A stretch of 51,082 nucleotides of DNA, counting the filler, from Dimargaris cristalligena (taxonomy: Eukaryota), in NCBI GenBank assembly GCA_003614675.1. It is 2 parts of 2 records of this genome, joined end to end, with 100 filler letters (N's around TTAATTAATTAA, not from the genome) between each part and the next. Parts side by side here need not be neighbours in the genome. Positions count along the whole stretch, not along the records: positions 25,612 to 51,082 come from ML002561.1; 1 more part is not named here. One strand, written 5' to 3'. The notes under the pieces are model-generated. The model made no database searches, had not been told where the DNA came from, and saw only the letters and a list, made by a program, of their open reading frames with translations. The position numbers and the translations under genes were made by a program. The first letter of the stretch is position 1; each line of letters starts with the position of its first letter. This document shows, in pieces, positions 45,687 through 51,082 of the stretch.

Positions 45687-48600
45687 TTTGGTTGGTAATC
45701 CGAAGTATGACCTCGCTGCTGGATAGTGGCGAATTGGTACGGCTGACAGCAACGGCCCTTTGTATCGACTTTAGTAGGTCTGATCTTTAAGTTTATTTTA
45801 CATTGTCAATATGGGGCCATCCTACTGCGAACAATTTTCCTACCTAGATAATTTTAATTATAATAATATAATATTATACCATGTGGCCGACTTCATGAGC
45901 TCTACTATAATCTGCGGTATTTGAATATAGTCTGGTTTTTAACAAGAAAACCAATTAGGTGCTTCAATAACAACATGTTTTTTTGGGGGGGTGAATTAGG
46001 TATATAAAAACACAATAAAAAATAAGGTATAGACAATAGAGGCTCCAAAGATTTTTCGTATTTTTTCCATTACTAATTGTAAACGGCTACCCCATGGCAC
46101 TGGCGAGGATGCACTTATAATAACTATTAGGTTTGTATAGTTAAACTTGTGAGAGGCGACTGCTATGAAATATTATGGATTAAAGGCCCAAGCAGAGTTG
46201 CAGCAATCGTCTATCGTACATAGCCCTTACGAAAGACAGTTAGGTGCATCTTGCACATAATGGTTACACCCCCTCTTCGCTAACTGGGGACATGTTTGGC
46301 AAGGTGTAGAAGGGAGTGGCGTCTCTCCGTTTCATCTCTATTTATCATTCAACATATTACTAGTGGTGGACTTCGCCTATTCTCACCGTTCTGGTGTAAT
46401 ATGTACTTTAACTACTAGGCTAATCATAACTAACATCACATCCGATTTAACCACCGCCACCACAGAGGTAGGCGAGGCCGATAAACTCTACGTTGCCTTA
46501 TCTACCTATTGGTTGGAGGCTACTCAATAGTAGCCGTCCATCTACCGATTGAGCAGACGAAGTAATTGGTTCCGGGTCACCAGTGGGGTTCGAATATCAT
46601 TGATTGCCAATCGAACAGCCGCGCTCGGATGTTTTAAATGCAAACACTTTGGTATATCGTTTGAAAAAGGCGAGTCATCAGCAATATATTTCTGGTCAGA
46701 GCCAAACCTAGATGGTTATTATTATTGGAATAGACCAAAGGTTATTGCATCCTAGTCCCCGTGAAATCAATTTTCCAACTCTTCAACATATCTTTACTGC
46801 TACGCGTTATCTGTTTGTGAAATATTGGTTGGCTAGCGATGGTTTGGCTAATTCTGCCCTGCAGGTCAGCATAGTAATTGGCCCACCACAACCTCTTTAT
46901 TTCCGTTTAAACATGGTAGATCAGGCAAGGGCACTCTACCCTTCACATTCATAGCATAATGAAGGAGCGGGGAAGCAATGGCAATGGCAGTGGATGTGAA
47001 GGGCGGAATAATTTGGAGAAGCATACATTAGGATAATTCAGGCCAAAAATACCCTATCATCCATTCCCATACTGGCCTTTAATGTATAGGGCAAAATACC
47101 TTTTTTGTTTGCCTTGGCTCGTTCCATTTTTGGACATGTCAAATCCGCCTTCTTCCGCGTCCGCCACCCAGCTGCTGCTCCTTTTTTGAATGACTCACAC
47201 CCACACTGGCATGTCCAAATTATTTTCTATATTCGGCGACAGCCCAAGATTGGGGGATGGAAACCTGACAATTAAAGCCCCCACCCATATGGTTCAAGCT
47301 GACTGTGGATCCTTAAATTAGACCCCACAGTAGCCAGGTTATTTATATACGAGGGCTTCATAGATGTGTGTGGGACCTCATTAATGTGTAGATAAACGAG
47401 CCTCTAATCAACAAACACGCGAGTGCAGGCGGGATGAAGTGCGCCTGTGAATTATTAGGATCGTTTGGTGAGTGAGAACACTACGGAAATTCATTCACCC
47501 CCTAAGGCTCCACGACAGATGCCACGTCAGGGACTCGAGTTCTGTGAAAGGTAGTGAGCATGAAAGCGCCTCTCAGCTCTAATTAGTGTAATACCACCAC
47601 CTCATAACTCACGAAAGCCTCCATTTAATACATGGGCTCTAAGCTAAGTCCCTGGAGGCTTTACAAGACACCGCGCCAAACCATACGATAAAGAGGCAAC
47701 TAACCGTAGATGCTGGTGATCCCTACTAAGGCCAGCAGATGAACTCGAATCCCCCAAGAGCTATTTATGAAGTAGTGAAGTAGGCGCAATAGTGTGCTGA
47801 GTAGAGTAGTGTGAGCGGGGGAGTTCAACGTTGACCAGAGCTCGGTTTATAAACCGGTTGAAATTCCCACCCAATTAGTCGCATCACTGGCAGGTTGCAG
47901 GGATCGCCTTACGGGCCGCACCATGTATGGCTAGTACTGTTAATTGCCTAAACTAACCTGATTGGTGGTGGCTCCACACCTCCTCTTAACCTTGGGCCAA
48001 GCAGAGCGAGGCAATGTTCTTTCATAAAAACAATCATCGCAATGCTCTGCAGCATAGAGACAGCTCAGGAGTGTAGGGGGGGGGGTGCAGTACAAAGTGT
48101 AGCCCAGAGAAAAATACCGCCACCCTCAATTCAATTGCAACTACGGGTATCCCGGTTGCCAAACCTTCCCTGCCCTTTACTACCAGCCCGTAGTGCCAAA
48201 TCATGCTACGGGCATAGCATGCGTGGTTTATACTAGCCAAGGTAGTCCTGCAAGGCGGGTGGGTGCCAAGTCGGTTGGGAAGAGACGGGCGTCTAGCAGG
48301 TGAGCATCGTTATTGACACAATGTGGGGGAGGTATTTGGGATCTAGCTCCAGCGATTGGTATGGCAGCTCCCAAGATCGGCCAGGCCCTTCGGCAAACGG
48401 ACATATGTTGCCATGGCTTCCCCAAATACCACGTAACCCACTCCTTTTCTGTTATTCTATTAGTGGTAAATACACACCCAATTCAAGGAACGGAGGCGAC
48501 AATAGGGATTGTCGATAACGGATCCACAGCCGAGAATAGCTGCTGCAGACACCCCTCCCGCTTCAAATAGAACTCCCCCTCCATACACACACACACACGC

Positions 48601-48730
48601 ACATACTTATCCAGCTACACGCAATCCCCCGACCTGCCACTTACCGATTAGTAAATGTTCGACACCCTCTATACTCCCGTGTGAGAGAAAAGGAGCAGCA
48701 TCCCCCCTCCCGCTTAACTACACTTCAGTC

Positions 48731-48748
48731 ATATATATATATATATAT
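48731..48748. repeat. (AT)9 microsatellite; an (AC)7 run lies at 48585-48598
   Basis: Read directly from the sequence. Confidence 0.9.
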
Positions 48749-51082
48749 GATTAACCCCGCCCCTCCTCCCAGCCAACCCCTTGTAACCCACCCTAATATT
48801 CTCTTTCCCCCGTTTTTTGTGACGCATCGTGCCTGGTGCCGACGTTGCTATTTTTATTCTTGCTTATTTCTCGGTTGTACTTTTCCCCCTTTTCAACTTA
48901 TTTAAATTTTGCCCCAATTAAGTGTCTGTGTGAGTCTGGCCCGGTTTGGTTGGAGCTTGCCCCCTGATATTGCCCCCCCTCGTTTACCACTTGGTGGCGA
49001 GATAGTTAAGTTGGTCGCGCCCCACCCAAAACCTACTCGCAGCAGCACTACTAGTACCGCTGGGCGGCTACTATACTCTTCTTCTTGTTTCCCCTTTACA
49101 ACGACCCCTCCCCCATTACCTCGTTACCTTGGGTTACCCGCTGGTGCTACTCCTCTCAGTTGCCTCCTCCCCATTCCCTCACGAGCTTATTTTATACTTG
49201 TATACAATACCGACATTCCCACTCGTTCCTGAAAAGCTAAACCGAGCCGCTCCCAGTTGCTCCGTTTTGCTTCGCCGGAGCCCGTGTTATTCTCCGAGAC
49301 TTGGGCATTGGCCCTGAGCCGATTACCAGCGCAGTTCCACCAACTCCTCTATCCGTCTATTTATAGTACCTTTCCATTCGCTAACCCCACAGTCGTTTTC
49401 GCTGGCGAATTTTTCACTTCCCGGGTCACTGATTCCAGATGGGGCACATCCTATTGCGGAATATACTCTACCCCTCTATATCAGCCCATAGTTAAACCTA
49501 GTATCTCGCTTATTATATTATATTATTTACTCCGCGCTTTCACTTGCTGTATCGTTTGGCAACTACCGAACATTCTAGCCCAGCCGCCAGCTTCAATTAA
49601 TTGTTAACCGCTCCCCGCGTATACTATAATATTAATATTACCGTGACCACAGCCTGATATCCTTCACACTGTCCCCTTCTCCCGCAACATCCAGTCCGTC
49701 TCTGTGCTGATACTTTCCCTTGAAGCAGTGCAATCAGGGTCATTCGGTTGCTATTCGAGTTACCTTTTTTTTTTGGCGCTGTTGCATGGTTAGCTTTGAG
49801 CGCCCCCTGCGTTTTTAGTATTTCTGTTTCAGCATACTGTTATTGATGCGCTGCATTCGGACCAGACTGGTGCTGGCCTGGTGCACAGCCTACGCTACGA
49901 CCCCTTATTCCTCTATTTCTGTTTAACTACCAAATACTCCTAATATCTTTGGCGGCTGTCGAGTGTAATCCATTACACCACTCTCTCATATTATCCAAAA
50001 CGACCGTTTGACTGCAAGCTCGGCATTGCATTGCACCAGTACAAGCCCCCCCTTAAGCTAAGTAGGTATTGGCCTTGAAACGTTTTGCACAGAAATGTCG
50101 ACGATTAATTCCAACGTGCTCGACCATGGGATATTCGCTTACCGAGACAGCATGGGTTGTCGATTAAAACACCGGCTTTCTTCAAATCGAGGGGCATTTT
50201 ATATTTTCGGTCAATGGTCATCGCAGCGAGGGTGAAACGCCTGCACTTCATTGATTGTTAATCCTTCACTATTGACACTTCCTTTGAGCCATGGTATAGG
50301 GACAGTTTCTAGATGGAGAAGAGCCGATGGGAAGAGCTGCGCCCAGGTGGTTTCTGGGGGTTAACAGTGCTGTTGGATTTCTCGTGCTCTCATGGGCCGG
50401 ACAGCTCCCGTCAATACGGCTTCTATTTTAACCCCTTGAATTTACCCATCTGTTTCATTGTTTAATTCACCGCTACTTACCTACGCGGGGCCATCCCTTT
50501 ATCACGCGTTTTTGGATACCCTCGTATATTACAATAGTTGCCAATCCAAGCAAGCGACTCTTTTTTCCTTGTGCGGTGCTATTGTAATTTATTTTTATCG
50601 CGGCTGCCCTTTTACTACCGACCCGAGGACGGTGGGCTTTTACGAAGGTCTCGTTGCCAACCGCGCGCGTCCTCCCTCCCCTTTTCCCGCCTGCGTTGTA
50701 CGGCTGTGTAGAGCCCCGAAAAGGTAAACTTAGAATTCCGTTACCCAGCGACGTGCAGGTAAGCCCCCATACGGCAATCCGGAATTCGTACCTGCGAGTT
50801 AGCGCACTTCTCGTGTGCCTATGATTCCCCGTTGCCTAGCAATCGGGCCCATTCCCCTACTATATCACGACTGACCGATTTGGTCAATCGGCACCTCCGT
50901 TTCCTTCTATTCCTATCAGTTGACTATTCGCTCGATAAAGTTCGGCTTTGTCCTCCGGTGGCGTTTTCTTTGACCATTTCCGCGATTGTTCGCTTTGGCC
51001 TGGAGTGCAACCATCGAATCTTGTCCCTTACACTTTACTTCCGCCTTTCCCCATGCTATGCTCCTTAATGGTGTATTTATAA

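Overview
Eukaryotic, intron-containing fungal DNA (GT-AG introns of about 150-590 bp). An artificial N44-TTAATTAATTAA-N44 spacer at 25512-25611 splits the window, so the two halves are not proven neighbours. Housekeeping content: tRNA-Arg(ACG), PRO2, ASK1, a myosin light chain (Mlc1/Cdc4 type), RPA12, DRS1, a divergent ABCB half-transporter and MEC1/ATR. The stand-out feature is a cluster of three related, same-strand, intronless secreted precursor genes at 10.7-17.9 kb. Together they encode 16 copies of a ~22-aa peptide ([FL][DTQ]KLLD[NS]xxxxNxExxND[HY]SxS) between basic (mostly KR/RR, Kex2-type) cleavage sites. The three genes use three different architectures, and no tailoring enzyme is visible nearby. 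This is a candidate undescribed Kex2-processed repeat-peptide (KEP) system. CpG-depleted relics, two probable frameshifts and head-to-head pairs of functionally related genes are also noted. All calls come from manual reading; no database searches were run.
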